IMG/VR virus record: IMGVR_UViG_3300025718_000022
Coordinates: 1 to 32,603 of that record
Direction: 5' to 3' (one strand)
Source of the DNA: a virus
Lineage: Duplodnaviria > Caudoviricetes
DNA length: 32,603 bases
Shown: positions 1 to 8,437 of the stretch, piece by piece
How the letters are laid out: every line of letters begins with the position of its first letter
Position numbering within the stretch: the first letter of the stretch is position 1
Notes under the pieces: model-generated
Database searches by the model: none
What the model was told of the DNA's origin: nothing
What the model saw: only the letters and a program-made list of their open reading frames with translations
Program-made: the position numbers and the translations under genes

Positions 1-131
1 CAAGGCTTGCCACCTATGCCGCAAGGTGCATAGAAAATGAGATACTTATGCTTATTCGAAATAATAAAAAAACAAAAGGTGAAGTATACCTGCAGGATCC
101 TATTGGTATAGATAAAGAGGGAAATGAATAG
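1..131 (+). CDS. sigK: Sporulation sigma factor SigK, 5' portion (runs off left edge), interrupted by prophage
   Basis: Frame from nt 3 reads [42 protein letters not shown] then TAG (129-131). This matches the SigK region 2.4-3 signature ([14 protein letters not shown]...DPIGxDKEGNEISL). The expected ISL continuation is missing. Not in the ORF track. Confidence 0.93.
   Translation, partial: RLATYAARCIENEILMLIRNNKKTKGEVYLQDPIGIDKEGNE
119..131 (+). other. Putative attL crossover region (GGGAAATGAATAG; AATGA at 123-127)
   Basis: SigK homology stops after GGA AAT GAA, and the recombinase stop codon lies 25 bp further on. The exact core cannot be defined without attR. Confidence 0.7.
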
Positions 132-155
132 CGTTCCATATGATAGACATATAGA

Positions 156-1661
156 CTAAACCTTAGGAAATAGCTTGATTGTAAAGTTATCATTCCTCTG
201 TTCTTTAGTCTTTTTATATTCAACTTTATATAATACACTTTTTAATAACTCATTTTTTAGAGCTATATCGTTTGTGTTTTTATAACTTTCAATTGCATTT
301 TTTATTTTAGTGGTACTATTATTATTTGTTTTTTTATTTTGTTTTTTTATTATAATTTTTATGTTGCAAATCTCATTTTCAATAGCGTCTGTACGATTAG
401 AGATATTATTCATACGCTCAATGAATACTTCGTTTGTGTAAATCTCTTGCTCTAGTAAATCAAATAATTTAAGTTTTTGGGAGCTTAATGTACCCAGTTC
501 TCTATTTAATATCTCAATTTGCTTTGCATATATATCTACATCGACAGTAGATGCGATATTCTCAGATTCGACATTTAAATCTTTTAAATATTGTTCAAGT
601 GATAATATAATTTCATGTTCAATGTATTTAAATTTAGCACTTCTATTACCACACTTATTTTTACAATTAATGTGGGCATCCTTATCTCCGTATTTTCGCA
701 TAAACATTTTACCACCACAGAGATCACACACAATTAAACCTGCAAGGGGATTTGCAACACCACTCGCAAATTTATAAGGTACATGATATTTTCCCTTTAA
801 AATTTCCTGAGCTTTATTAAAAGTTTCCTCTTTTATAATAGCTGGATGTTTTCCATCAGCAATTATCCATTCTTCTACAGCTCTTGTCTTTGAATCAGTA
901 ATCTTATTTGGATCCTTTGATTTTTTGATATCTTTCTTTTTCCAAGTAACTTTTCCAATATAGACAAGATTCTTTAGAGTAAATAAAATACTACTAGCTC
1001 CAAATTCATTGCCGAACTTTGTCTTGTATCCTAAACTATTAAAATAATTTGCAATTGTACCTGCTCCAGAACCTTCTGTATACATTTTAAATATTAATTT
1101 CACAACTTCACTTTCAATTTCATTAGGCTGTAAGGTCCTACTTTTATTTATAAAGGTAATGTCATAACCAAAAGGAGGGTTTGGGGATATGTAGTTTCCA
1201 TCCTCTACGCTACGGACTCTTCCACCCTGCATACGTCTATTTATCATCTTTAATTCTTTTCTAGCCATAAATGCTTCAAATTCGCTATATTCTTCATCAA
1301 AGTCGTTATCAAGGTCATATGTCTTTTGAGGGGTTATAATCTTGCACTGTGCGTCTTTAAATGTTTTTAATATTATGCCTTGGTCTTGCATATCACCACG
1401 CCCTAGACGCTGTATATCCATCGTTAAAACACCATCGTACTGTTTTTCTTCAATTTCTTTTAAAAGTTCCAACATTTTTGGCCTGAAAAATAGACTTTCA
1501 CCACTAACTATTTCTTCTTTAATTTCTACGATATTTAATTTTTTTTCCTTAGCAAATTTTAATAGAGCCCTCCTGTGCTTAGAGAGAGTTTCACCTTGGC
1601 CCAAAGTCTTTTCTAATTCTTCATCAGCTCTAGATTTCCTTAAATAAATAGCTATCTTCAT
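156..1661 (-). CDS. Large serine recombinase/integrase (SpoIVCA-like role)
   Basis: N-terminal YLRKS catalytic motif, DIQRLGR, PPFGY recombinase domain, LAGLIVCDLCG...CKNKC zinc ribbon, coiled coil; 501 aa; adjacent to the att site. Confidence 0.95.
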   Translation of the reverse strand: MKIAIYLRKSRADEELEKTLGQGETLSKHRRALLKFAKEKKLNIVEIKEEIVSGESLFFRPKMLELLKEIEEKQYDGVLTMDIQRLGRGDMQDQGIILKTFKDAQCKIITPQKTYDLDNDFDEEYSEFEAFMARKELKMINRRMQGGRVRSVEDGNYISPNPPFGYDITFINKSRTLQPNEIESEVVKLIFKMYTEGSGAGTIANYFNSLGYKTKFGNEFGASSILFTLKNLVYIGKVTWKKKDIKKSKDPNKITDSKTRAVEEWIIADGKHPAIIKEETFNKAQEILKGKYHVPYKFASGVANPLAGLIVCDLCGGKMFMRKYGDKDAHINCKNKCGNRSAKFKYIEHEIILSLEQYLKDLNVESENIASTVDVDIYAKQIEILNRELGTLSSQKLKLFDLLEQEIYTNEVFIERMNNISNRTDAIENEICNIKIIIKKQNKKTNNNSTTKIKNAIESYKNTNDIALKNELLKSVLYKVEYKKTKEQRNDNFTIKLFPKV

Positions 1662-2023
1662 TTTATTTTCCTCTCAATCTCTAAAAGTACAGCTTTTTTG
1701 ATGATTTCCCAAGCTTCATCACTAAGATCAGTATCTTTTATCAAGTCCGCTTCTATCATCTTATCTAATACTAAATCTACTGTATTAGGTGCTTCGTACT
1801 CATCAACACCATTCATCCAGAAACTTAAGGATTTACCACTATGTTCTGCTAACTTTATTAAAATTGTTTTAGATGGCGGTCGTTTACCACTTTCTAAGTT
1901 TCCAATATTACCCTTACTTATTCCTAGTTCAGTAGCAAGTCGGATTTGACCGACCTTCTCATTTCTTTTTATTGCTAATTCTTTTCTATATTCTTTTAAT
2001 TTTTCAGCAAATATTTTATTCAT
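1658..2023 (-). CDS. Phage immunity repressor, XRE/Cro-C1 HTH
   Basis: GQIRLATELGISKGNIGNLESGKRPPS HTH. Divergent from the cro-like gene. RBS GAGGTG precedes the ATG at 2023 (better than the GTG at 2032). Stop overlaps the recombinase start (ATGA). Confidence 0.88.
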   Translation of the reverse strand: MNKIFAEKLKEYRKELAIKRNEKVGQIRLATELGISKGNIGNLESGKRPPSKTILIKLAEHSGKSLSFWMNGVDEYEAPNTVDLVLDKMIEADLIKDTDLSDEAWEIIKKAVLLEIERKIK

Positions 2024-2041
2024 ATTTAACACCTCTTAACT

Positions 2042-2070
2042 ATAGTATATCTTTTATTCTCACATATCAA
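2042..2070 (-). promoter_or_regulatory. SigA-type promoter for repressor-integrase operon
   Basis: Minus strand TTGATA (2070-2065), 17 bp, TACTAT (2047-2042), just upstream of the repressor RBS. Confidence 0.65.
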
Positions 2071-2205
2071 GAGAATACGAACGACAAATTATTCTTTCAA
2101 AGTGTGAGAATACTAGTAAATGGGATTATTTTCTCGCATTATGGAGTTTAATCAAAGAAAACTGGCGAATATGATTATTTACTATTCTTTCATAATGTGA
2201 GAATA
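2055..2205. promoter_or_regulatory. Operator array of the genetic switch: three 23-bp TATTCT-N11-AGAATA sites plus one degenerate site
   Basis: 2055-2077 TATTCTCACATATCAAGAGAATA, 2090-2112 TATTCTTTCAAAGTGTGAGAATA, 2183-2205 TATTCTTTCATAATGTGAGAATA, degenerate inverted copy 2129-2151. Confidence 0.85.
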
Positions 2206-2228
2206 TAGTCATAGGAGGTGAGCAAATA

Positions 2229-2471
2229 ATGACAGGTTTGAGAAAATTAAGGTACGACAAAGGGCTTCAAAGAAAGTTTGTGGCACTTAAAATCGGTATC
2301 TGTGGAAAGCATCTCAATGACATTGAGATTGGCACAGTAAGCTTAACAGTTGATGTTGCAAAAAGGTTTTCGGACTTTTATGAAATTGAAGTTAACGAAA
2401 TAAATAATATGTATATGGAGGGTAAGAATGAGACAATCAGAAGTTTTAAAAAAACAGGATCAACTTCTTAA
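2229..2471 (+). CDS. Cro-like XRE HTH regulator
   Basis: LRKLRYDKGLQRKFVALKIGICGKHLNDIEIG HTH; strong RBS AGGAGGTG; divergent from the repressor. Confidence 0.85.
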   Translation: MTGLRKLRYDKGLQRKFVALKIGICGKHLNDIEIGTVSLTVDVAKRFSDFYEIEVNEINNMYMEGKNETIRSFKKTGSTS

Positions 2472-2517
2472 AGACATTGATTTTCTAATAAATAAAAGTA
2501 GTAAAAAAAATAAATAA
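2428..2517 (+). CDS. 29-aa hypothetical peptide
   Basis: GGAGG RBS then MRQSEVLKKQDQLLKDIDFLINKSSKKNK; overlaps the end of cro. Confidence 0.35.
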   Translation: MRQSEVLKKQDQLLKDIDFLINKSSKKNK

Positions 2518-2588
2518 ATATTTATAGTAAAAGCAATCAAGGTATAGTACAAGCTGATGATTTCATAAGAAATATAGAGGTGGTTTAT

Positions 2589-2735
2589 ATGGTTCAAGTA
2601 ACAATAGTCAAACCGACTATTACCGCAGCAGAAGAAAAAAAAGTTTTTGAAGGTATAGCATATGTTTTAGAAAAAATAGCAAACAAAGAATTCGGTGGTA
2701 TGACTAAAATCACAATAACCCGAAATATCTCGTAA
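2589..2735 (+). CDS. 48-aa hypothetical early protein
   Basis: RBS AGAGGTG; MVQVTIVKPTITAAEEKKVFEGIAYVLEKIANKEFGGMTKITITRNIS. Confidence 0.6.
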   Translation: MVQVTIVKPTITAAEEKKVFEGIAYVLEKIANKEFGGMTKITITRNIS

Positions 2736-2868
2736 AACTTAAATATTAATAAAAATTAATACACAAAAGATATAAATTGAATACACATCTTGTTAATTCT
2801 AACAATGCTACACCGCAATGGTGTACAAGCTCCCCGCCAGAGGGTAATAAGTTTAAGGAGGCAATGTA

Positions 2869-3054
2869 ATGTTAAAGGTGCTTATAGCGCAACTCATAGG
2901 ACAGGCTATTACAGATGAAGAGTTTGTAATAATAATGGAAATAGCTACCGATGATATTAAATTTAACAGAATTAGTTTTAAAAAATATACAAATTTAGCT
3001 TATGTTTTGGATATAGCAGCAAAGAGTGCTGAAATATTTAAAAGATGTGCTTAA
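2869..3054 (+). CDS. Hypothetical phage protein
   Basis: RBS AAGGAGG; 61 aa; in the early operon. Confidence 0.75.
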   Translation: MLKVLIAQLIGQAITDEEFVIIMEIATDDIKFNRISFKKYTNLAYVLDIAAKSAEIFKRCA

Positions 3055-3068
3055 AAGAAGGTAATGAG

Positions 3069-3218
3069 GTGGAAAGAATTATAGAGAAAAGTTTACAAAA
3101 GATAGTTGAATTATATTTTTATGGATACACAGTATCAGAAGCTATACAAGAAATTGACAAGCCAATAACAAAGAAAGAACCCTTATCAGAGGGTCCAGAC
3201 AAAACAATTCAAAAATAG
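3069..3218 (+). CDS. 49-aa hypothetical protein
   Basis: GTG start after GAAGGT; MERIIEKSLQKIVELYFYGYTVSEAIQEI...; fills the gap before the initiator. Confidence 0.5.
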   Translation: MERIIEKSLQKIVELYFYGYTVSEAIQEIDKPITKKEPLSEGPDKTIQK

Positions 3219-3259
3219 TATAACATATTTACTGAATAAATCAACATGGAGGGCACTGA

Positions 3260-4084
3260 ATGGCACAAAGAAGAATGTTTGCACTTAAAATTATAGATAC
3301 AGATTTATTTTTAGATATGCCAGTTAGCTCTCAGCTACTATATTTCCAACTTTCAATGAGAGCTGATGATGATGGGTTTGTAGGTTCTCCACAGAAAATA
3401 ATAAAAATGGTTAATTGTTCAAGTGATGATTTGAAAATATTAGTTTCAAAAAGTTTTATAATACCTTTTGAAAGCGGAATTTGCGTAATTAAACATTGGA
3501 AAATACACAATTATATACAAAAAGACAGGTATCAAAAAACATTATATGGCCAAGAAAAATCTTCTTTAGAAAATGATAATGGCACATATAATCTTATGGA
3601 TACAAAATGTATACAAAATGTACACGAAGTGGATACTCAGGTTAGGTTAGGTAAGGCTAGGTTAGGTAAGGCTAGTATAGATAAGATTAACAAAACTTTT
3701 TTATCCGATTCTGACGAATACAGATTATCTACTTTTTTATGGAATCATATTAAAAGGAATAATGAACTAGCAAAAGAGCCTAATATGCAAAAATGGTCCA
3801 AGCAATTTGATGCAATCATAAGATTGGATAATAGGAAAACAGAAGATATAAAAAATATAATAGCATTTGCTCAGAACAATGAATTTTGGTATAAAAATAT
3901 TTTATCACCGGATAAAGTTCGCAAACATTATGAGACTCTAATATTGCAAATGAAAGAGCCTAAGTATAAAAAAGAAGGCTGCAAGAAAAGTGACTTTGTT
4001 AATAATTGTAGCGAGAGAGAGCATGAAGCCGGTTACTATAAAGACTTAGAAGATAAGTTATTAGGATATAAAGATGCTGAATAA
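3260..4084 (+). CDS. Phage replication initiator (replisome organizer)
   Basis: N-terminus MAQRRMFALKIIDTDLFLDMP...ADDDGFV...IKHWKIHNYIQKDRY typical of Firmicute phage initiators; C-terminal FWYKNILSP; internal iterons. Confidence 0.9.
   Translation: MAQRRMFALKIIDTDLFLDMPVSSQLLYFQLSMRADDDGFVGSPQKIIKMVNCSSDDLKILVSKSFIIPFESGICVIKHWKIHNYIQKDRYQKTLYGQEKSSLENDNGTYNLMDTKCIQNVHEVDTQVRLGKARLGKASIDKINKTFLSDSDEYRLSTFLWNHIKRNNELAKEPNMQKWSKQFDAIIRLDNRKTEDIKNIIAFAQNNEFWYKNILSPDKVRKHYETLILQMKEPKYKKEGCKKSDFVNNCSEREHEAGYYKDLEDKLLGYKDAE
3597..3685 (+). repeat. Probable phage origin: four 11-bp iterons plus pentamer array
   Basis: TGGATACAAAA/TGTATACAAAA/TGTACACGAAG/TGGATACTCAG (3597-3640), then GTTAG GTTAG GTAAG GCTAG GTTAG GTAAG GCTAG TATAG ATAAG, inside the initiator gene. 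Confidence 0.8.
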
Positions 4085-4241
4085 GGATATATTCACTCTA
4101 AAAGAAATTGCAGAGGAGCTGGACAAGCTTATTAAATATACGATGGAGATGCATAGTCTAACTAGATACGATGGCGGAGAGAAGGCTAATATTCAAAAAC
4201 TGAGACTGTGGACGTACTATGTTTTAAAAGAAAATAAATAA
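4074..4241 (+). CDS. 55-aa hypothetical protein
   Basis: MLNKDIFTLKEIAEELDKLIKY...; overlaps the initiator stop; AGGA upstream. Confidence 0.55.
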   Translation: MLNKDIFTLKEIAEELDKLIKYTMEMHSLTRYDGGEKANIQKLRLWTYYVLKENK

Positions 4242-4266
4242 GTAAATAAATTAAGGGAGTGAAATT

Positions 4267-4542
4267 ATGAGTGGTAGAATATCAGCATTAAAAAATAAAA
4301 TAATGAAATTGGAGTCAAGCGCAAGCTTAAAAATGTATTTAAAAAAAGATAATGAGGTTATCATTGCCAAACAGGATTTACAATGCTTGCAAGTGGAAAT
4401 GGATAGCGTGCAATTAAGGCTAGACAAATGCCATGTGATGTTATTAATTTCCGATTTAGAAGTTACAAAATTAAATAAATATATAGAGGCGGAAGAAAGC
4501 AAGAAATTGAAAAATAGGTTTAAAAAGCTTTTAGGCGCTTAA
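4267..4542 (+). CDS. Hypothetical coiled-coil protein
   Basis: RBS GGGAGTG; 91 aa. Confidence 0.7.
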   Translation: MSGRISALKNKIMKLESSASLKMYLKKDNEVIIAKQDLQCLQVEMDSVQLRLDKCHVMLLISDLEVTKLNKYIEAEESKKLKNRFKKLLGA

Positions 4543-4800
4543 ATGGATGTTGAAAATATGTTAATCGCTGAGGATGTAAAAGGATTTGAAAAGCTTAAGG
4601 TGCAAGCAAACAAAGAGATGTTTAAACAGTTTTTAATTAATTTTTATCAAGCTTGGGGACTAGATGCAAGAGAGACTATTGTTCCCATTAGTATTAAGTT
4701 TTGTAAAGATAAATCAAATAGTAATTATCTTAGGTTTGATTATAAGATGTATGACAAAGCTGAATGGATTCATGTGAGAAATTCACGTGATTGGTATTAA
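4543..4800 (+). CDS. Hypothetical phage protein
   Basis: 85 aa, abuts the previous gene. Confidence 0.7.
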   Translation: MDVENMLIAEDVKGFEKLKVQANKEMFKQFLINFYQAWGLDARETIVPISIKFCKDKSNSNYLRFDYKMYDKAEWIHVRNSRDWY

Positions 4801-4835
4801 TTTAAAATTTAATTATGTAAGAGGAGTGAAAAACT

Positions 4836-5192
4836 ATGTTAAATAAAGCTATTGAAAAAATTAAAGCTGAAATTGTTGGAAGCAAAAATAATCCTTATAT
4901 TCAGGTAGTTGGAGAGTTTCTACTCCAATATCTTGAGAGTAATCCTAGTAGTGCAGAAAAAATTGTTCAAGAAGGAAAAACTATTGGATCAAGCTTGAAT
5001 GAAATGAAAAAAGAAGCGGAGAAAAAGAAAGTTGCGAACTGCGCAGTATTAACAGATCACGAAGGCTTTAGTATAGTTTTAAAATATTTTGATATCAAGA
5101 CAGTTAATCCAAGTGTTATTCCAAGGCCGGTTGAAGTTATTCAGGTATCAGATGAAAAACCTATTGAATTTAATGTTGAACTCGATTTTTAA
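4836..5192 (+). CDS. PcfK-like protein (family related to AcrIIA9)
   Basis: KTIGSSLNEMKKEAEKKKVANCAVLTDHEGFSIVLKYF pattern; immediately upstream of a PcfJ-domain gene, the usual pairing. Confidence 0.65.
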   Translation: MLNKAIEKIKAEIVGSKNNPYIQVVGEFLLQYLESNPSSAEKIVQEGKTIGSSLNEMKKEAEKKKVANCAVLTDHEGFSIVLKYFDIKTVNPSVIPRPVEVIQVSDEKPIEFNVELDF

Positions 5193-5205
5193 GGGAGGAT
5201 AAAAG

Positions 5206-6771
5206 ATGGATGAAGAATATGAAGAATACTTTGAACATTTCACAAAAGCAATAAGCAAAGAGACAAAGGATTATGCAACTAATGAAGTATTTAAATCTAA
5301 AAGATATATATTCACTAGACGCGAGGGCAGACAACAATATGGTTACTGTACTCACTGCAAGACAGAACTTAAAAGTGAGAGTTTAAAACATAATAAAAAG
5401 GCTGAATGTCCTAGGTGTAAAAGTGTATGTACTATAAAAAGTAGTGGCATGGGTAGGAGCACAATGATAGATGAAGCATATTTTGTTTATTATCAAAAAT
5501 CTCTAAAGGATCCTAATGTGATTACAGCAAAAGGTATATATGCAGTAAGAGACTATAGATATGATTACCATAATGTTAAAACAAAGTATGGAGAAACTGC
5601 ACTTTATATCTTTAGATTAGGAGCAAGCGTAATGCTCCAAAGAGAATTCTATTACTCGGGAGCTAAAGATATAAACTTATACAGTTACGGGAAGACTGGA
5701 AAAATTTATAGCGAGTACTACAGGGGCAGTTTAGCAAATATAAATACAGCTTGTCAATGCTCGGAGAAGAGTATAGAAGATGCAGTAAAGGATACTCCAT
5801 TTCAGTATTGTGGTTATAAGGATTACAGAAGGTATATAAACGACGATATAGTAGAATATTTTGACCTTTATACAAAGTATCCAAAGATTGAGTATCTTAC
5901 AAAGACTGGTTTGAATGAGTTAGTAAGAGATAAGTTGTTAGGATTCAAAACATATAGTGCTCTTAACTGGAGAGGAAATACTTTGTTTAAAATGTTGAAA
6001 ATCAATAAAGGTGATTTGAAAGAAATAAAGACAAAAAAAATTGAAATCACATTTTTATTTCTTAAGTATTTTCAAATTGCTAAAAAAGATGGCTCTAAAC
6101 TTTCACTTGAGCAAATTTCAGAGTTTTCTAAGCATTATATTGGAAATTACAATAAAATATATGGCATTTTAAAATATACTTCATTAAAAAAGGCAATTAG
6201 ATATATAGAAAAGCAGACCGAAGAGCGAAGCAAAGAGATTCTTAGCCACTATGTAAGTGATACGGTCATTACATGGAGGGATTATATAGATGATTGTATA
6301 AAACTTGGAATGGATTTAAGTAGTGAAAATGTTATTCTGCCTCGCGATTTATATACATCTCATGAAAACACTATAAAACAAATAAAACTAAAGGCTGATG
6401 AGACTTTGAATTTAAAAATGAAAGAAAGAAAGAAATTACTAGAAAGATATAGGTTCCAATATAATGGCTTAATGATTAGAGCTGCTGAAAGTTCTGATGA
6501 ACTTATTGCAGAAGGTGCAGCACTTAGTCACTGTGTAGGGATGTATGCTGGTAGGCATGCAAGTGGAGAAACTAATATATTGTTTATACGCAAAGCATCT
6601 GAGTTGGACAAGCCTTATTATACTGTAGAAGTCAAAAACAATATTATTATTCAAGTGCATGGTAAGAATAATCGTTCTGCAAATGAAGAAGTTGCGAATT
6701 TTGTTAATGCATTTAAAAATGAAAAATTAGAGAAGAAAACTAAGGAAAATAGAGTAAGATTAACAGCTTAA
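5206..6771 (+). CDS. PcfJ domain-containing protein
   Basis: N-terminal CTHC...CPRC zinc ribbon; C-terminal WRDYIDDC...PRDL..H and ELIAEGAALSHCVGMY...ILFIRK...PYYTVEV...QVHG. Confidence 0.85.
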   Translation: MDEEYEEYFEHFTKAISKETKDYATNEVFKSKRYIFTRREGRQQYGYCTHCKTELKSESLKHNKKAECPRCKSVCTIKSSGMGRSTMIDEAYFVYYQKSLKDPNVITAKGIYAVRDYRYDYHNVKTKYGETALYIFRLGASVMLQREFYYSGAKDINLYSYGKTGKIYSEYYRGSLANINTACQCSEKSIEDAVKDTPFQYCGYKDYRRYINDDIVEYFDLYTKYPKIEYLTKTGLNELVRDKLLGFKTYSALNWRGNTLFKMLKINKGDLKEIKTKKIEITFLFLKYFQIAKKDGSKLSLEQISEFSKHYIGNYNKIYGILKYTSLKKAIRYIEKQTEERSKEILSHYVSDTVITWRDYIDDCIKLGMDLSSENVILPRDLYTSHENTIKQIKLKADETLNLKMKERKKLLERYRFQYNGLMIRAAESSDELIAEGAALSHCVGMYAGRHASGETNILFIRKASELDKPYYTVEVKNNIIIQVHGKNNRSANEEVANFVNAFKNEKLEKKTKENRVRLTA

Positions 6772-6784
6772 ATTAAAGGAGGAA

Positions 6785-7849
6785 ATGGATATGAATGAGT
6801 TATCAAGCGTTTTAAAATCAATAGGAGAAAGCGAAATAGTAATAAAAAGCAATGAAAATTTTGTTGGAATGGGTTTGTGGAATATAGGGAATGAACTTAA
6901 ATACATTCGAGATAATAAAACCTACACTGAAAAGAGTTGTAAAAGTTTTGAGGAGTATGTTGAAAAGGAACTAGATTATTCAAAGCGAAATGCTTATAGA
7001 TATATTGAAATATCAGAAGGGTACAATGTGACATCGATGGCACAAATAGGACATTTGGGAATGGTTAAGCTACTTGCACTATCAAAACTTGATGAAGTTA
7101 ACCGCAAAGAATTTATTCAGATAAATGAAGTGGATAAAATGACAACAAAAGAGTTCCAACAGGCTATAAAAGATAAAAAGGAACTGGAAAACAAATTAAA
7201 GGCAGCAGAGGCACAAATAGAAACTGAGCATAATTCATATGAAAAAATATCAGATAGCTATAGTAAATTAGAAAAAACAAATAAAGGACACTTTGAAAAA
7301 TCTGAAAAATTGAAAAAACAACTTATAGACGATAAACAAATATATGAAAATAAGTTAAAAGCCATAGAAATTACACTTCAAAAAGAAAAGGATGATTTGA
7401 AAAAGGAGAAAGAAAATTCTAAAGAAGAAATTGCAAAACTTCAAACATTTATTGGAGAGGCCAAAGCTGTTGGAAATGATGAAGAGGTAATAAGGCTCCA
7501 GGCATCACTAACGGAAATACAAACTGATTTAGATAGCTCAGCTCAAAAGATAGATGAACTCGAATCACAACTCAAAGAAAGACCTATTGACGTAATAACT
7601 GCAGAACCAGTAATAATTGAAAAGGTACCTGAGGAAATACAAAAAGAGCTTGAGGGGTTTAGGGCAAAAGATATTCGAGATAACAATCCTTTGCTTAAAA
7701 AGTTTAGAAAAAATCATGGAATACTTAATCTAATGTTTGCTGATCAATTGAAAGTAATAGCTGAAATAGAAAAGGATGATCCTGAAACTTATGTTAAATG
7801 CAAAGATGCTTTTTCAAATTTAATAAGCAAAATGTCTGAAAGATTATAA
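6785..7849 (+). CDS. DUF3102-like protein with long coiled coil
   Basis: IGNELKYIRD...FEEYVEKELDYSKRNAYRYIEI and MTTKEFQQAIK motifs. Confidence 0.75.
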   Translation: MDMNELSSVLKSIGESEIVIKSNENFVGMGLWNIGNELKYIRDNKTYTEKSCKSFEEYVEKELDYSKRNAYRYIEISEGYNVTSMAQIGHLGMVKLLALSKLDEVNRKEFIQINEVDKMTTKEFQQAIKDKKELENKLKAAEAQIETEHNSYEKISDSYSKLEKTNKGHFEKSEKLKKQLIDDKQIYENKLKAIEITLQKEKDDLKKEKENSKEEIAKLQTFIGEAKAVGNDEEVIRLQASLTEIQTDLDSSAQKIDELESQLKERPIDVITAEPVIIEKVPEEIQKELEGFRAKDIRDNNPLLKKFRKNHGILNLMFADQLKVIAEIEKDDPETYVKCKDAFSNLISKMSERL

Positions 7850-7863
7850 ATAAGGAGGACCAT

Positions 7864-7989
7864 ATGGGCAGCAAGTATGTATGTCAGGGGTGCAAATTTA
7901 ATAATAATGGTTGGTGCAAGAAACATAAAATTGAAAATCTTAAAGTTAAAAAGATTCAAGTGTGCGAGAGCCATAGAAAAACAAATTAA
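7864..7989 (+). CDS. 41-aa Cys-rich hypothetical protein
   Basis: RBS AAGGAGG; MGSKYVCQGCKFNNNGWCKKH... Confidence 0.6.
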   Translation: MGSKYVCQGCKFNNNGWCKKHKIENLKVKKIQVCESHRKTN

Positions 7990-8009
7990 TAAATGGAGGT
8001 ACGTACTTA

Positions 8010-8378
8010 ATGCAGAAAAGAATATGTCCTAAATGCTTAACAAGGTGGTATTCGTGTGCTCACAACTTAGAAGTTTGGAAATGTGGAAGTTGTGGCCATG
8101 ATATTCCAGTACCAAAGAAGGATGAAAGTGTGATTAAATTATTTCAAATTTTCATTTGTGGAGAAATAGGTTGGGTTACTGAAAATCCTCATAATTTTGA
8201 AAATGAGATTGAGGAATATATAAGAGAATTCAACAAAGATATTGGTACAAAAGATACTATGGATAAAATTGAAAAATTAAATATTGGAGAAGAATTTGAG
8301 GTTGAAGAAATAAAGTTCCAGTGTATTGAAATGGGGTTGGAAGAGTATTCAAATTTAGGTGAGTGGAGTGGCTGGTAA
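8010..8378 (+). CDS. Zinc-ribbon hypothetical protein
   Basis: CPKC...CGSC N-terminus, acidic C-terminus; RBS GGAGGT. Confidence 0.7.
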   Translation: MQKRICPKCLTRWYSCAHNLEVWKCGSCGHDIPVPKKDESVIKLFQIFICGEIGWVTENPHNFENEIEEYIREFNKDIGTKDTMDKIEKLNIGEEFEVEEIKFQCIEMGLEEYSNLGEWSGW

Positions 8379-8437
8379 GCCACTCTTGATAAATAGTGTG
8401 AAGTAACTAATTAAAAATCGAGAGGGGCAAATTATTA

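Noticed and set aside
14-238. 74-aa minus-strand ORF
   Set aside because: Antisense to sigK, out of frame with the recombinase and crossing the att site; no RBS or recognisable motif.
2541-2575. Possible SigE promoter (GTATA...CATAAGAA) before the 48-aa ORF
   Set aside because: Poor -10 match, and the start site would fall within the RBS.
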